Shown here: positions 1 through 15,603 of the stretch, in pieces | Numbering within the stretch: position 1 is the stretch's first letter | Layout of the letters: each line of letters opens with the position of its first letter | The notes under the pieces: generated by a model | Told to the model about the DNA's origin: nothing | What the model saw: only the letters and a program-made list of their open reading frames with translations | The model's database searches: none | Made by a program: the position numbers and the translations under genes | Origin: the human T2T-CHM13v2.0 reference genome, Homo sapiens | Length of the DNA stretch: 64,000 nt | Direction: 5' to 3' (one strand) | Assembly: GCF_009914755.1 (NCBI RefSeq) | Contig: NC_060926.1

Positions 1-214
1 ATAATTTTAATGAGCAGAAGATATTAGAATGTTAAATAATGTCTGATTTGTCAGTTTTTTCTTATGGTTATTCTCTATTCCTATGAAAAAAACCATTTGT
101 CTAACCCCATCATGAAGATAATCTTTTCTGCTTTTCTCTAAAAGCTTCCAAAGTTTTAGTTTTGTGTATACTTACATAATTCATTTCAAAGTAATTTTGT
201 ATATGATATGAGGT

Positions 215-385
215 ACATGTTGAGGTTGTCTACCAGGGAAGCTCATCAGAGACTCAGCACCCAAGTTTTTAATTGGGAGCTGACATGTAGGTAAGGTACT
301 CTCTGCCTTGTATGTACCCAAGTTCCAGATTCTCAGGAGAATGTGTGTTAGCCTAAACCACGTTGTTTGTAGTTCAAGCACGGTA
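215..385. mobile_element. MER21-like LTR fragment
   Basis: accagggaagctcatcagagactcagcacccaag...ttccagattctcagg resembles MER21 consensus (from memory). Confidence 0.5.
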
Positions 386-842
386 AACACAGATATATAC
401 ATTTTGTTTTAAAGCAACCGGTTAATTTACTTGGAATCAGATTGTCATTCTTTCTTGGTTGCTAGCTCTAATCTTGGTGCACGTCTTTATCCTGTGGGCT
501 GTTGGAGTCTGCCCTGTGCACACATGGTTCATGGATCAGGCAGACATTTGCACAGAATTTATATACAGAGCTTGGGGCCCTGTCTCTGTGGCTCTCTCCT
601 TTGTCATATTCTGTCCTCACCTCCCAATGGGTGTGGTATTTTCCTGTATCCTGGTTGTTAAGGCCAAGAAGGTTATGAGCTTTTAATTGTAGCTTTTGCC
701 ATCTTTCTTGGCGCAGATAGACCTGCTTTCAGAGCAGAAACCGCAGAAAGGAAAATGTATCTAGTGGTGTTCCTCTCTTCCATGGATCGACTCTCCCCTC
801 TAGAATCTGCTTGCGTTTGTCCTCACTCCAGTGTCTTGAGGT

Positions 843-1014
843 CAGGAGTTGGTGAATTAAGCCCACCTGATTTTTAGAAAGAAAATTTTATTGGAATATG
901 GCCATGCCCATTTGTTTACTTATTGTCTGTAGCTGTTTTTTGTTACAAATGCATAGATCAGTAGTTGCTGGTATTTACTATTTGACCCTTTTAGAAATAG
1001 TTTACCGACCCCTG
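843..1014. mobile_element. MER58-like hAT/Charlie MITE
   Basis: cagg...ccgacccctg terminal inverted ends; internal ttttattggaa..gccatgcccatttgtttac. Confidence 0.65.
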
Positions 1015-1533
1015 CCATAGATAGTTTGGATTTTATATTTTGTCTAGGGTTTACACTTGGTGTATGAGTTGATCTGATAGGAATTTATTCATCTATTATT
1101 TGAGGAAGTAGAACTCCTAGGTTTGTTTTTATTTGTTTAGTTCTTCCAGTTTTGTTAATCACTGATATGAAAGAGGTGAGGAAGAATTGTTTTAAATGAC
1201 TCGCTCATTTGTTACCATAATTTTAACTCTAGCATATTCAGATGTCAGAAATTTTAGTTTTTTTGAAAGTGCTCTTTGAAATGTATATTGTAGGATGAAA
1301 TACTTTTTCTTTCACTCCTTCATTCAGCACATACTCATGAATCCTCTGTAAATGCAAGGCACGTGCTAAACTCTGTAATACATTAAAGATACATCAGACA
1401 TATAGAGTGTTCTCAAAAAACTTTAGTTTATTAAATGCACTAAGTTCAGCTTACTGAGATTAAACATGTGTACAAGTAACTGTAATTCCAAAGTGGAAAG
1501 TATAAATTCATGTCAGAGAGTGGTCTTTTTTGC

Positions 1534-1688
1534 GGCCTGGTGTGGTGACTCGTGCCTGTAATCCCAGCACTTTGGGAAGCCAAGGTGGGCACATCACTCG
1601 AGGTCAGAGTTCGAGACCAGCCTGGCCAGTGTGGTGAAACCCTGTCTCTACAAAAAACAAACGAACAAACAAAAAAACACAAAAAACA
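1534..1688 (+). mobile_element. Alu left monomer/FLAM
   Basis: Single Alu arm with A-rich tail. Confidence 0.8.
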
Positions 1689-2068
1689 GTGGTCGTTTTT
1701 TGTTTTTATGAAAATATGGTTTTTGGACTTTTAGTATAGAATAACATCTCTCTCTTTTTTACTTCAGACTTTATAATGTTATATTTGGTCTTTATTACAT
1801 CAGGGATACTGCAAATAGGAGAGATAACAATTTCACAGTTCTCCTGATTGATATTTCCTATCAGCTTCCACTTTTCTCTGGGTTCTCATCTGGAGCTACA
1901 TTGATTCTGGAGCAGGGTTCCTTGTAGTGAGCAACCTAGCGTTAAAAGGAGGATTTTTTTTTTTAAAGGTCACTTTGTAAACTGCTTGTCTGTTTGAACT
2001 TAGGGCATATGTAAAATAACAACTAGCATCTTCATAGTACTTTTTCTTTCATAAAAAGCTTTACATAC

Positions 2069-2365
2069 AGGGTGCGGTTACTCACGCCTATAATCCTAGC
2101 GCTTTGGGAGGCCAAGGAGGGTGGATTGCTTAAGCCCAGGAGTTCAACACCAGCCTGGGCATCATAGTGAGATCCCATCTCTACAGAAAAATACAAAAAT
2201 TAGCCAAGCATGGTGGTGTGCACCTGTAGTCCTAGCCACTTGGGAAGCTGAGATGGGAGGATTGCTTGAGTCCGGGAGGTAGGGCTGCAATGAGCCGTGA
2301 TCGCACCACTGCACTCCAACCTGGGTGACAGAGGGAGACCCTGTCTCAAGGCAAAAAAAAAGAAG
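2069..2365 (+). mobile_element. Alu (AluJ-like)
   Basis: Dimeric Alu with poly(A). Confidence 0.9.
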
Positions 2366-2424
2366 AAAGATATTTTAAGTCTTTGATTTGGTGATATTCA
2401 GTACATAAGAAGACTGTATTATAA

Positions 2425-2740
<316 letters not shown>

Positions 2741-3238
2741 AATATTTATTGTTTTATTGAAGAAAACATCCTGAAATGTTAAGAAATCTTCTAAGAAATC
2801 TTCTCAGAAGATTAAAAGAATAAATCTTAAATACATTCATATGTTTAGCAAACATTAGCTTTATCTTTTTTGGCTTTTTTCTTTTAGGAGAAAAGGATCA
2901 AATGTCTTCTTGGTTGTTACAGCTAGATATTCTGTGTATGTTTTTCGGTAAATTGTTCATTACCTATACTAAAAGGAAAAGGATGTCTTTTCTAAACAAT
3001 AGTTGTAACATAGCTGATAAACATATTGACAGTTTAGCTTATCTTAGCCTAGTGAATAACCTCACCTGTGGTAGGTATGTTGGATTAATGCTGGAAACAT
3101 CCCGTAAAGAAGAAGTCTGATTAGAGTTGTCTCCTATTTCTCTTTTCCCACTTCTTCCCCTCACCCCTGCCCCAATTCTAAAGCCATCATCTTTGTATTT
3201 CAGTTGACTGGTATGCAATATTATGACCCTGTTACTGA

Positions 3239-3596
<358 letters not shown>

Positions 3597-3802
3597 TAAT
3601 TATTATTCTTACTTAGCCCATCTTAGATTTGAAATTTGATTACATTCAATGAGATTAAAATATAGGCTTTTGAGTGAAACGGTTTGGTAAAGCTTACTTT
3701 GTATAAATATAGCCATGATAAGCAGTATGTTATTCTTCAGATTATTAAATATTTGTAATGAGAACATTGATATCTAAGTATTCTTGCTTTCTATATTGAC
3801 AG

Positions 3803-3879
3803 ATTATAAGAGAAAATAGTATCTCTCTCAGTGAAATCGAATTGCCGTGCTCAGAGGATTTGAATTTGGAAACTTTGTC
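3803..3879 (+). pseudogene. ANAPC1P: ANAPC1-like exon (IIRENSISLSEIELPCSEDLNLETLS)
   Basis: gacag| acceptor, |gtaagt donor, 77 nt. Confidence 0.93.
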
Positions 3880-4374
3880 GTAAGTGATGTATAATGCAAA
3901 TTAGCTATCCTAGCGTCTATCAGATAATTAAATTGAAATATACCATGTGGGAGTAATATTGTCCTTGATTTAAGTAATTATGAATCCCACATGTTTCTAA
4001 CCATTATTTATCAGATGTTCATGACGTTGGTTAAAGCTCTCTGAAGTACAGAGCTCTTGCCCTCAAAAAGCAATATTGGAGATTTAACTTGTATGTATTT
4101 GTTTTTTATCCTTTCCATTAAAGAAATTGGCAACAATTTTAAAAATTGTTTTTGCTGCATATGAAACTGTAGGCAAGGGGCAAACTTCATGAGTAAGGTG
4201 ACCCGATGCTTCTGCTGAAAAAAAAAATACATAGAAATCTGCTGACTGAGGGCACTTCATCATTCCCAGAAAGATATAAACTAGCTTAGAGAACTGGAAT
4301 ATTTATTGTTACTTATTTCAAGTTAATTTTAAAGTAAAATAATGATTATTAAATTTCTTGTCACCTGTTTTCAG

Positions 4375-4465
4375 CCAAGCACATGTCTACATAATTGCAG
4401 GAGCCTGTTTGTCTCTGGGTTTTTGATTTGCTGGCTCAGAAAACTTACCAGCATTTAACTGTTTG
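4375..4465 (+). pseudogene. ANAPC1P: ANAPC1-like exon with premature stop (QAHVYIIAGACLSLGF*FAGSENLPAFNCL)
   Basis: tttcag|, |gtaaga; TGA at 4424-4426 in the frame set by both neighbouring exons. Confidence 0.93.
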
Positions 4466-4566
4466 GTAAGAAGTATTTTAGTTTACTGTGTTCTTTTTTT
4501 TTGTTTGTTTTAACAAAGCTTTAAGATGCTTCTTATAACTTGGAATTTTTTCTTTTGTTTTTCTAG

Positions 4567-4620
4567 CATAAATTTGCCAAAGATTTTATGACTTATTTGT
4601 CTGCACCTAATGCTTCTGTT
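4567..4620 (+). pseudogene. ANAPC1P: ANAPC1-like exon (HKFAKDFMTYLSAPNASV)
   Basis: ttctag|, |gtaagt, 54 nt. Confidence 0.93.
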
Positions 4621-5172
4621 GTAAGTCTTTTTATCATTCTCCTTGGGAATAAAATTAAACTTGAAAAAAATTTACTGATGATCCAGTTACTTATGTGTTA
4701 TCAGATATCTCTGCTGTTTTTTTAAATGTAGAATGAGAGATCTGAAGAACCATTAGCTCATCTTTTTATTTTTGTTTTGCGATATTAACTTAGGTGAGAA
4801 TATGATTACCCTGGAAGGATGCACAGGTATCTAGTTCTTGTGACAAGAGAATAAAAAAGGCCATAATATTCACGGGTTGTCATACCTCATGTAATTCTGT
4901 CTCAGTATTAAATATTGGGAATTTCCTTTTTAAAAAATATTAGTACTTAGTAAGGATTCAGTTGCTTTTGAGGCATTGCTTCTCTGATGACAAGACTGAG
5001 AGATTTTATTTCCTGGTAAAAGCTACATGGATTTATGCAACACTATTTATAATATGGAAAAGTTAGAAACATCAAAAAAGTCTAAAAGTAGTTAATTAAA
5101 TTTGATTATGGTTTATTTATATATTCTTACACAGTGGAGCTACCAAAATCACGTTATACAAGAATTTTTTGT

Positions 5173-5470
5173 GGCTGGGTGCAGTGGCTCATGCCTATAA
5201 TCCTAGCAACTTTGGGAGACCGAAGCAGGAGGATCATTTGAGCCCAGGAGGTTGAGATCAGCCTGGGCAACATAGGGAGACCCCATCTCTACAAAAAATA
5301 AAAAATTAGCCAGGTGTGGTGACACACACATGTAGTCCCAGCAACTTGGGAGGCTGAGGTGGGTGGATCCTTTGACCCCAGGAGGTTGAGGCTGTTGCAT
5401 CACTGCACTTCAGCCTGGGTGACAGAGTGAGAGACCCTGTCTCCAAAAACAACAACAACAACAAAAAAGA
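5173..5470 (+). mobile_element. Alu (AluJ-like)
   Basis: Dimeric Alu, (AAC)n tail. Confidence 0.9.
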
Positions 5471-5705
5471 AACAACTTTTTTTTGTGAGTGAAGCTTGAT
5501 TGTAATAGGTCATTTAAAAGGTTAAAAATATTGTGTAGAGTAACATCTCCATTTCATTTGGAAAAAATATGTGTAGGTAAAGGAAAAATTCAGAGAAAAA
5601 GCCAAAACGTTAACACCAGTTATCTTTGGGTGTGACATTCCAAGTGATTGTTATGTCTTGATATTCAATATTTGAAATTATCTCTGTTGAACTTATATTT
5701 CATAA

Positions 5706-6030
<325 letters not shown>

Positions 6031-6143
6031 GATTTTTTTTTAAGTTACAAACTTTTGTAGTCTTCTAATGATGGCTAAGCTAGTTCTGATAATAAAGAAA
6101 TGTAACACAACAGTTATAGTGATGTCATCTCTTCACCTGACAG

Positions 6144-6337
6144 ACAGGTCCTCATAACCTAGAAACTTGTCTGAGCGTGGTGCTGCTGTCTCTCCCCATG
6201 GTCATGGCTGGCTCAGGAAACCTAAAGGTTTTGCAGCTTTGTCGCTTCTTACACATGAAAACGGGTGGTGAAATGAACTATGGTTTTCACTTAGCCCACC
6301 ACATGGCCCTTGGACTTCTATTTTTGGGAGGAGGAAG
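6144..6337 (+). pseudogene. ANAPC1P: ANAPC1-like exon (TGPHNLETCL...LLFLGGGR), PC-repeat region
   Basis: gacag|, |gtaagt, 194 nt. Confidence 0.93.
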
Positions 6338-6759
6338 GTAAGTGAATATGTATTTTTCCAATGAAAAGATCTCATTGGTGAGATCTATAAGGGTGACTTA
6401 CGTTGATCTTGAAGATAACATGAAAAATTTAAATTCTGACTAGCTCTTAGCTTAACTAGCAGCATTATTCGACTTGATGGGCTTCTTTGTAGTTTAACCG
6501 TCAACTTATGGTCTACTCAGTAGAATTACCATCCTCTCTGACACACTGAGCATCACTGTATTTCTCAGAATAGTCTGTGCTCTGTTCTTCAGTGCATTAC
6601 TGCTTGTGCCCACCTGGTTAAAAATTTTACCATTCTACTAAGCTACTTTCTCAGAAAGGTCACAAACAAAATCGTTTACCAGATCCTGTGACATTTTCTT
6701 AGTTTTCAGCTTTCTTGATCTTTTTCCAACATGTGCCATTCCTGACTACATCCTTTATA

Positions 6760-8560
6760 AGACTGCCCTGGCTTTAGATGAACCAAAAACCATGTACAGA
6801 AAAGTGTATAAATCATAGGTGCACAGGTCAAAGAGCTATCTACCACAGAAAAATCTCTTTGTTATCATGTAGATCAAGATTCTGTATAGCACTTTCAACT
6901 CACAGCACCCGTCTCTGCTTCTGCCATGCACCCCTCTCAATCACTATTATCTTCCTTTCCCCAAAGATAGCCCTATCTAGTCTTCTAACACCTTACGTTG
7001 ATTTTGCCTGTTTTTGACATTTAAATTGAATTATACACGATGTATCCTTTTGCACTTTACTTTTGCTCAACATTATGTTTGTAAGATTCATGTTGTATGT
7101 AGCAATGGATTATTCAAGTTTCAGTGTTGTATTACACTTTCATTGTATGACTGTACCACATTTTATTGATCTCCCCCATTGATGGATATGCTTCTTGCTT
7201 CTAGTTTGGGGCTGTTATGAACAGTGCTGTTAGGGAAAGTTGTACATGTCTTCGATTTTGTTGTATATAGAACTGTGTGGAATTGGGTCATAGGTTGTAC
7301 GTGTGTATTCACTTTCAGTGAATAATACCATCAGTGCTGCAGTGCACTTGTACCATTTTACATACTCATGGGCAGGATGTGAAGTTCCAGTTGTTCCATA
7401 TCCTTGTCAACCCTTGTTATTGGTATAGTCTTTTTAGTAGTCTTTTTAGTTTTAGCCAACTAGTAGGTATATAACAGGATCTCATTGTGGCTTTAATTTC
7501 TGTATTTCTGAATAATGTTCTTGAGTACCATTTTACACTTTTAATAGCCAACTGCAAAACCTCTTTTGTGATGTCCAAATCTCTTGCTACCCAGTTTTTG
7601 TATTTATCTATGTTAAAATTTTTATTTGTGGTAAAATACACATAACGTAAAACTTATCAATTTTTAGGTATGCAATTAAGTAGTGTTAATTATATTCACA
7701 CTGCCGTGCAACCAATCTCCAGAAATTTTTCATCTTGCAAAACTGACATTCTATAGCCATTGAACAACTCCCTGTTTGCCCCTCCCACCAGCCTCTGGCA
7801 GCCGCCATTCTACTTTCTGTTTTGATGAGGTTGACTGCTCCACATTGGTTTAGCTTTGTATTGATTTCTGTGGATTCTTTAAACTATGTCCTAAGCCCTT
7901 GGTCAGCTTTGTTTGTTGCAGCTATCTTTGCCACCCTAGGGCTTGTTTGCCTTTTCACTCTCTCTCAGTGGTGTCTTTTGATGACACAATTATTAATGTT
8001 CTTCTTTTATAGTTTTTACTTCTTTGTGTTGTTTATGAAATATTTTCTTACCCAGAGAAAAGGAGATATTCTCCTATCTTATCTTCTAGAAGTTTTTAGC
8101 TTTTCCATTCACATTTGAATCTAAAATCTACCTGGCATGGATTTTTCTCCATGTTTTTTTCCCGCTGCTATTGAAAAGTTTCTCCTTCTCCACTACTCTG
8201 CAGTACCACATCTATTATATAAGTTAAGTGCCTATACACCTGTGTTTATTTCTGGGCTATTAGGTTTTGCTGGTCTGTTTTTCTGTACTTGCACCAATAC
8301 TCCATTGTCTTATGAGTCTTGGTATCCAGTTGAGTAAATCCTTCAAACTCGGTTTTCTTCTTCAAAAGTGTGTTTTTCTCTTGGCTCCTTGCATTTTCAT
8401 ATAAATATTGGAATCTGTTCCATACTAAATAATCTGATAAAATATTGATCAGAATTGCCTTGATTGTATGTGTCTGTGTTAAGGAGATTAGAATCTGTTA
8501 CAGTATTGTCTTCCATTCTGTGAATATGGTATACCCCTGTATATATTTAGCTGTAGTGTG
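6760..8560 (-). mobile_element. Degraded L1M (L1ME/L1MB-like) fragments
   Basis: Antisense L1 3' motifs (gttccagttgttccatatcctt, ctcattgtggctttaatt). Confidence 0.6.
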
Positions 8561-9509
8561 TGTGACCTTGATCAATGGCTACAGTGTCTGTGTAGGCTAA
8601 TTTTCCCCTCTTCTTTAAGACTGAGCTTACCATTGGAACTCACCTTTTCAGAAGTACAAAAAGTAAAGTTGATCAGAAAGGTGTGTATTTCCTCTCAACA
8701 TGTTTTGTGGAATTGTCTTTCTTTAATTGTTTAGAATTAATAATGGTCAAAGAAATATTACTATGAAAATTCTTATTTATTTTATTCTATGATTTTTGAA
8801 AATTTTTTCCTTTCAAAATGAGCCTCTCCGTGTCTCTTAATCCCATCTTTCATTGTTCCAAACTGTATGACTCTCCTCGCTCTTCTTTCGTATCGAATTG
8901 ATTTTTCTACCATTCTGCTACTGCTTTTCTAGTGATTTTTGGTTTTTAAATGGTCATGTATACTCTGTAACAACATTTAAACTTAGCATAGCTACACCAT
9001 TATGTTTCTACCCAAAATTTCTAACATTAGTATTATCTTTGAATTTTGGTTTATCAAAAGGGTACAAAGAAAATGGCTTATTCCATGCACATGCCAAAAT
9101 AGATGTATCTCTTTGCTTAAATTTTGAAATCTCTTCTTTCTAATCCATTAAATATATAAGCATATATAATGAATTATAAGTCCTTATTTAATACTCCAAT
9201 TATTTTAAAAGACAGGGAAAGAGATTTGGGTATATGTGTGTGCATGTTTGTGTGTAAGAAAAGTATTTATACTCAATAGTTTTAGAAGTGGTTTTATGTG
9301 ATGTCCTACACCATCTTTATTTCAAAATATTTTTTAGAAAAACTCTGGGACTTTAGATTAATTTGCCTGTTTGCTATACTAAATTTGAGCAACAATAAAG
9401 TAATTTAAGGAAAATTTTAATAGACCCTTTACCAAGAGAATATTTTTAAAGTCTATGAAACTTTATCTTAAAAGTGTATCATATTGGTGAGGAAAGAATT
9501 TATATTTAG

Positions 9510-9834
<325 letters not shown>

Positions 9835-10370
9835 TCGTTGTAACTTTTTAATGATAACTTTTGCCTTTTCATTTAGTCAGTCATTCTAAAGGAATCATCA
9901 TGCTTCACAGAAACAGAAAAAAACTGTTTAAATACCAATTACAACATTCTGTATTTTTAAACTCAGATTTATAATTGTATATTTATATACATAGGCATAT
10001 ACATAGGCATATACATTAATAAAATTGGATAAGAAGGTGGCATACTTGGTACATGACTCTTCAATATTTATAATTTCTAGGACTGCATTCATGGTCTTCA
10101 CTACTCTGCTATTTTATGTTAAAACCTTGCTTCAAGGGTTGAAATTTAACATTTATGGGATATTACTTTGGCTTTAAATAGTGATGATCTTGAAATGGCC
10201 CAAGGACTAAATGAAAAGTGGAATGTTCACACCACTGACACTCTTGTATTATGAGGGCATCTTATCAGTATGCCTTACTATTATACCCCAGTTTCCTGAT
10301 TCTCAAGAATGCCTTGAAAGTATGTGCAATATAATCAATAACATCTGTCCCCACCGAACTTACTTTGCAG

Positions 10371-10457
10371 GTACTCTTTGAGCACATCAAATTCTTCCAT
10401 TGCCGCTCTTCTCTGTGCCCTTTATCCGCACTTCCCAGCTCACAGCACTGACAACCG
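10371..10457 (+). pseudogene. ANAPC1P: ANAPC1-like exon (YSLSTSNSSIAALLCALYPHFPAHSTDNR)
   Basis: ttgcag|, |gtgagt, 87 nt. Confidence 0.93.
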
Positions 10458-11526
10458 GTGAGTCTAGTGATTCTGTCTTCAATGTGATACTTATTAAGTT
10501 CTCTAAGGGGATCATTTGGTTGTATTTTGGTTTCATGGAATTATTTCCAAATTAGCATTGTTTTGTTCTTCAACTTAGTTATATTCCTGGCTAAATCTTT
10601 TAAGAAAATTATCTCACAAAGTATTAGACCAGAGGATAACTTTGGACACCTGATGACTGACCAGTCTTCCACCATTCTCAGATCTATAGAACTGCTCTAA
10701 ACCCAAAAGGAGATCAAGTAAAGTTGTCTTTAGGGAAAAAATCATCAGGTAAAGGATAGTTGCCAAGGGAAGTTCAGGATACTTTTTTTGTGCTCTAATT
10801 ATTTAATTCCAAGAGAAAAGTTTGTCTGATTTAGTGGCAATGTCTGTATGAGTTTCTTTTTTTCCTTTCACATAGATGCCGAGAAATTGTGTATAAATGA
10901 CATAGACGGGACAAGAAAAGCAAAATACAGCAAAAAACCAGAGACAATTTAGAAGTGGCAGTGAGCGGTAGAACTTCAAACCATGTAGAAGCAGTTAAAA
11001 GCTCTGTGTTTTAGGGTACGAGGAACCACCAACACTTAAGTTTCCCTAGATATAGTTTGAGACATAGCAGATCTCTTGCATATGGGGGCAGAGAAGAAAA
11101 CAGCCCCTATAAGACACCTGAGCCCTGTGCTCAACTGAAGGCATCCCATGTTGTCTCCCCAGAGACAGGTCAAGAGCCCTTTATTGTTTATGGGAGAAGG
11201 GTCAGGAGCACTTATCACAGTAACCTAAGCCATCATTTTAAACTACACTACAATGTATAACCAACGACAGAAGAAAGATAGCTGTTTTACAAAAGTAGCC
11301 TAATCTGAAGACCACACTCTGATGGTAGGTGCAGCACAAGAATATTGTTAAGTTAATACACTTCTGACATGTGGCCTCATGCCTGTCATTTAGGAAAGAT
11401 TTTTTGAGTTGTTAAAGCCAATTATTGGCTAGGGTACAGTGGAGAGCCACACTCACATACTGCTGGTCATAGCTATTTGGCTTAGCTATTGTAAACAAAG
11501 CCATTTTCCATTTGGTGACAAGAATC

Positions 11527-11825
<299 letters not shown>

Positions 11826-11947
11826 GGTGACAAGAATCTTTATGTAATTTGTTAGTGTCATTTTTTCTGATCTTTATTGATTTTATTTTTAATAGATTTA
11901 TAGAAATAAATGTATTTGAGTAAGAAGAGGGAAGTTACTGTCTATAA

Positions 11948-12594
<647 letters not shown>

Positions 12595-13213
12595 TGAGAT
12601 CTTAAAATATGAAAACTTTTTTGTTTTTACATTCTAAAATAGAAATCTTAAAGTTTAAAAAACTGTTTGAGAACCCCAAAGAAAAATATTGCCATACCCA
12701 CATAGATGTTTGATGTACTGTGTTTCAAGGACGTGTGTATATGTATGTGCAAGTATGTATGTGTAGAAGAACTTTGCTGTCTGAGAAGAATTGACATCCT
12801 GTCTTCCCCCTTCTTCCCTATCAATCCTTAAGGAAAAAGAAAAAAAAATCTGAGAAGATAAAAACAGATGCCTATGTTGAGTAGAAAGGGATTTTTGAGA
12901 GTGATTGATTTTATAAGTGGTCAGTTTGATAGTAAATATTTTCATGTTATGATACTTTTTACCTCCCTGTAAAACCTCTTCACTGTGAAGACTAAAGTAA
13001 AGAATTATTGGGTCAAAGGTCAGTTATATAAAATTTTTAAAAGATAATTTCTCCATTACTTTTTAATAGAATCTTATCTGCCTTTAAGATTTCTGTTCAT
13101 TTGAAGATATTACTTGAGCTTCTGTCCTGTCTTAGCTTATAGGCAACAGCAGATTGCAGAGCTCATATTGTCACAGTTGTTTGTTACCCACTCTCTGTCT
13201 TTTTTGTGAACAG

Positions 13214-13331
13214 GTATCATCTCCAGGCTCTCCGGCACCTCTATGTGCTGGCCGCGGAGCCCAGGCTTCTAGTGCCTGTGGATGTGGACACAAACACGCC
13301 CTGCTATGACCTCTTAGAAGTTACCTACAAG
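13214..13331 (+). pseudogene. ANAPC1P: ANAPC1-like exon (YHLQALRHLYVLAAEPRLL...EVTYK)
   Basis: aacag|, |gtatct, 118 nt. Confidence 0.93.
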
Positions 13332-13804
13332 GTATCTCTCCCTATCATTTACTTGTAATTTTATTACCACTCATCCGTCTTTGCAGGTCATAATATTTCA
13401 AATGTGTTGTCCAGTAAAAGGTGATAAGTAATGAATTGAACTTTCATAAAAATGGAAGCTTCCAAAGTTATTGTATATCCTGCCAGGCCATTCATGCTCA
13501 TTTATATGATCTGGGTATCACTTTTTAGGGATCATCAGCTACTCTTTTGTCCTTAGAGCTTATAATTTGAAAATGTCCCTGTTAACTTTATGTGACTGAC
13601 AGTAGTGTTTTGTATAACTGATTGAGTTAGACCCATTCTTAGATTTGTTAGCTGAAACTTGAAAACCCAAAATTGTGTATTTGATGACAGCTTTCATTTA
13701 GATGCATAGATTACAAGTTTTATATCCTCCTTTCATTCAGCAAATTATTAAGTACCTTCTGTGACTCAAAACCGTGCTAGCCTCTGGGGTACAAAATGAG
13801 ATGA

Positions 13805-14263
13805 ATTGCGGCACTATTCACAATAGCAAAGACTTGGAACCAACCCAAATGTCCAACAATGATAGACTGGATTAAGAAAATGTGGCACATATACACCATG
13901 GAATACTATGCAGCCATAAAAAATGATGAGTTCATATCCTTTGTAGGGACATGGATGAAATTGGAAACCATCATTCTCAGTAAACTATCGCAAGAACAAA
14001 AAACCAAACACCGCATATTCTCACTCATAGGTGGGAATTGAACAATGAGATCACATGGACACAGGAAGGGGAATATCACACTCTGGGGACTGTGGTGGGG
14101 TCGGGGGAGGGGGGAGGGATAGCATTGGGAGATATACCTAATGCTAGATGACACATTAGTGGGTGCAGCGCACCAGCATGGCACATGTATACATATGTAA
14201 CTAACCTGCACAATGTGCACATGTACCCTAAAACTTAGAGTATAATAAAAAAAAAAAAAAGAA

Positions 14264-14304
<41 letters not shown>
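13805..14304 (+). mobile_element. L1HS Ta-subfamily element, 5'-truncated (~500 bp)
   Basis: ORF2 C-terminus (MIDWIKKMWHIYTMEYYAAIK...GGN*), 3'UTR poly-G, Ta-diagnostic ACA (14153-14155) and G (14238), long poly(A). Confidence 0.95.
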
Positions 14305-14306
<2 letters not shown>

Positions 14307-14792
14307 CATTGTCATTTTCCTTAAGGAACTTCTATCCCCTGGGGAGCCAGGCATGGATACAATGGGAATGGAGGGTGATAATTGGAGATGTCTGTGGAAT
14401 GCAGGGGAAGCAGAGAAGCACCCTCGCTTAGCTGTTAGTTATGGGGTTGAGGCTGTCAACAGTGGACAGTGTTTGGACTAGGCCTGGCCCACTGAGTGGA
14501 GCTCCTTCCCAGCGGAGAAGGCAATGTGCAGAAACCCAGCAGCATTGGAGCACGGCCTTTGGTGCTGCTGGCCTGTGAGGAGCAAGGCTTGAAGTGATGG
14601 GAAAGACACATACCCTGTGAGGAATTTAGACATCAGTCCTTTAAGATTTGAGTACCAGAGAGGATTTTATGCCATTTAAAGGTCTCTGTATGAACTGCGG
14701 GGATAGGGGGAGGTATAGCGTGGAGATGTTTCTTCTTTGTTGTTTCCACTGACTACCTAGTGAATTGTGGCTGGACTTTTACATTTGTAAAG

Positions 14793-14870
14793 GGCACTCA
14801 GTGGTATGAACAAACCAAAGAAGAATTGATGGCTCCTACCCTTCTTCCAGAACTCCATCTTTTAAAGCAG
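14793..14870 (+). pseudogene. ANAPC1P: ANAPC1-like exon (GTQWYEQTKEELMAPTLLPELHLLKQ)
   Basis: taaag|, |gtaagc, 78 nt; overlaps ORF 14760..14948. Confidence 0.93.
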
Positions 14871-15228
14871 GTAAGCTGGGTGTGGTCGGGAGTTGGGTCC
14901 AAGGGGTCAATTCAACAGAATGGCATAGCGTTAAAGATAGCTAAATAAAAGCCTCTGCTTTCTTCATGTATTGTAGCAGATAAGAAAGCTGCAGCAGGAG
15001 GAAAAGTCAGAAAGAATAGAGCAAGTCTTTTCTTAGAGATCTTTATTGATAGCTTAGGTGGCCTCAGAACATGATTTACATTCATTTTTTGTCTGGAAAT
15101 GGAGCTTGTTAACTTCCAGATGCCTCTTTCTGGCTGTTATTGTTTCCTCTGAGAAACATAGGTTTCAGTTTGTCAGATGAGCATATTTTTCAGCTTTGGG
15201 TTGACTATGTTTACGTTTATCTTGACAG

Positions 15229-15296
15229 ATTAAAGTAAAAGGCCCAAGATACTGGGAACTGCTCATAGATTTAAGCAAAGGAACACAACACTTGAA
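15229..15296 (+). pseudogene. ANAPC1P: ANAPC1-like exon (IKVKGPRYWELLIDLSKGTQHLK)
   Basis: gacag|, |gtaagt, 68 nt. Confidence 0.93.
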
Positions 15297-15603
15297 GTAA
15301 GTACATTAAATTTCTCAAATTTACCTTTTAGGAAGTGAATAGAAGTATATAAGAAGGTATAAATTATAGATTATTATCTGGAATGTGACTCATCACCCTT
15401 TAATCTCATTCAAGACTATATGTAGGGTATGTCTTCTGTAAAACAGTCTGTATCTTTGAAACAGGACTTGTGTTAGAAAATGAAAGTTTTAATTTCAAAC
15501 TCCAACCCTAAATATTTATTTATTGAGAAACTTGCACTGACTTCCTTGTGACAGTAATGGACTTATCTCTTGGTATATTAACATAAGATTTAGTTTAAGA
15601 AAG

